NCBI GenBank assembly: GCA_035758845.1
Contig: DASTVZ010000178.1
Span: forward strand, 34,713-98,712
Length of the DNA: 64,000 bases
From: Vicinamibacterales bacterium
GTDB taxonomy: Bacteria; Acidobacteriota; Vicinamibacteria; Vicinamibacterales; 2-12-FULL-66-21
Reading direction: 5' to 3'
Shown here piece after piece: positions 63,239-64,000 of the stretch. Within the stretch, counting starts at the first letter, position 1; every line of letters begins with the position of its first letter. The notes beneath the pieces were generated by a model, which was given only the letters and a program-made list of their open reading frames with translations, did no database searches and was not told the origin of the DNA. Both the position numbers and the translations under genes were made by a program.

Positions 63239-64000
63239 CTAAGCGACCCGCTCCCGCAGAATGAGCCCAATGGCGGGCGCCAGGCTGTCGAGCAGCTCTG
63301 GCGCTGCAGCGATCCGATCGCGCAACGCGACGGCGCCGCGGAAGTCGAGTGCCTCGACGCGCGTACCGAGACGGCCTTCGAGCTCACGTCGCAGGAGGTC
63401 CGCCACCTCAGGTCCGCGAAGCGATGCGCCGGCGAGGACGACTCGCGCGAAGCCGCTGCCGCCCAATCGATCTTCGTGATACATCGCTGTCTGGTGCACC
63501 AGATCTGCAAGATCGTCGTCTTTGTCCGATGCTCGGGTGCGAAAGAAGATGACTTGCGATTCGCGAATCACCGCCATCGTGCTGTAGTCGGCGGCCACGT
63601 GCACGAGCAGCCAATCGGTTGCCGGCGTCGCGCGAGTCTCGGTGCCAAGGACGGCATTGACCAAGTTCACCGTCGCCAGATCGACAATGCCGGGATAGGC
63701 GCCGGCCGCTTCGCAGGCGCGCTCGTAGCTCTGGATGATGTCACGTCGCGCGACCGTCACGATGTACTCGCGGCCGCCTTCGGGAGGCACGATGCCAGGC
63801 ACCCACGAGACCTGCGCATCCTCAATCTTGAACGGCGCGGCTTTCCTGACCTGCCAGCGAATGAGCTGATCCAGATCCTGCACCTTCGCAGGAATTTTCT
63901 CGAACCGTATCAGAGACAATTTGCCGACCGTGTCGGGCAGTACGAGCGCGATCCGTTTCGGCCGCGACGACAGCCGGTCGAGAACGCTGCGGATGGCTGC
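63239..64000 (-). CDS. pilM: type IV pilus assembly ATPase-fold protein PilM; N-terminus outside window
   Basis: Actin-like fold motifs (IVDLATVNLVNAV, LLVHVAADYSTMAVI, VVLAGASL). The reading frame stays open through 63920-64000 (RIALVLPDTVGKLSLIRF), so the gene continues past the window edge. Confidence 0.8.
   Translation of the reverse strand, partial: AAIRSVLDRLSSRPKRIALVLPDTVGKLSLIRFEKIPAKVQDLDQLIRWQVRKAAPFKIEDAQVSWVPGIVPPEGGREYIVTVARRDIIQSYERACEAAGAYPGIVDLATVNLVNAVLGTETRATPATDWLLVHVAADYSTMAVIRESQVIFFRTRASDKDDDLADLVHQTAMYHEDRLGGSGFARVVLAGASLRGPEVADLLRRELEGRLGTRVEALDFRGAVALRDRIAAAPELLDSLAPAIGLILRERVA

Overview
GC-rich (by eye about two-thirds G+C, not computed) bacterial chromosomal core region. 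I call 57 protein-coding genes and see no rRNA, tRNA, CRISPR, transposase or prophage signal. The gene content is that of a diderm bacterium (Lpt, Tol-Pal, secretin) that also carries HprK. A cohesin-tailed secretin, a fused LptFG and Pro/Gly-rich linkers suggest Acidobacteriota, at low confidence. Gene blocks in order: tsaB-rimI; psd-pssA; a giant NtrY-like kinase; guaA; dnaE; accA; recJ; lptC/A-lptB-rpoN-hpf-hprK-rapZ-EIIA(Man)-HPr-EI; ssb; tolQ-tolR-tolA(TonB-like)-tolB-pal-cpoB (minus strand); recN; miaB; parAB; fused lptFG; metK; xerD; a MurNAc/GlcNAc salvage locus; and a pilMNOP-secretin-pseudopilin cluster that runs off the right edge. The most unusual signal is non-coding. Many intergenic spacers contain short-period tandem repeats, mostly 7 nt. 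They are arranged as two mutually complementary arms, giving long imperfect hairpins at gene boundaries, and a few heptamer families recur: GATTGCN/NGCAATC, CAGCTNT, GGCTGCT/RGGAGCC and CGGGATC/GATCCCG. Identical (GGCTGCT)n arrays bracket parAB. A separate 78-bp structured repeat occurs twice with compensatory stem changes, once nested inside a heptamer hairpin. On the protein side, notable architectures are a lipidated TPR-secretin-cohesin fusion, a membrane-anchored LptC-LptA multi-domain fusion, an LptF-LptG fusion, and a GspG-like pseudopilin with a degenerate prepilin signal and a Gly/Pro-rich tail. All calls rest on reading the sequence and ORF translations; no database search was run.
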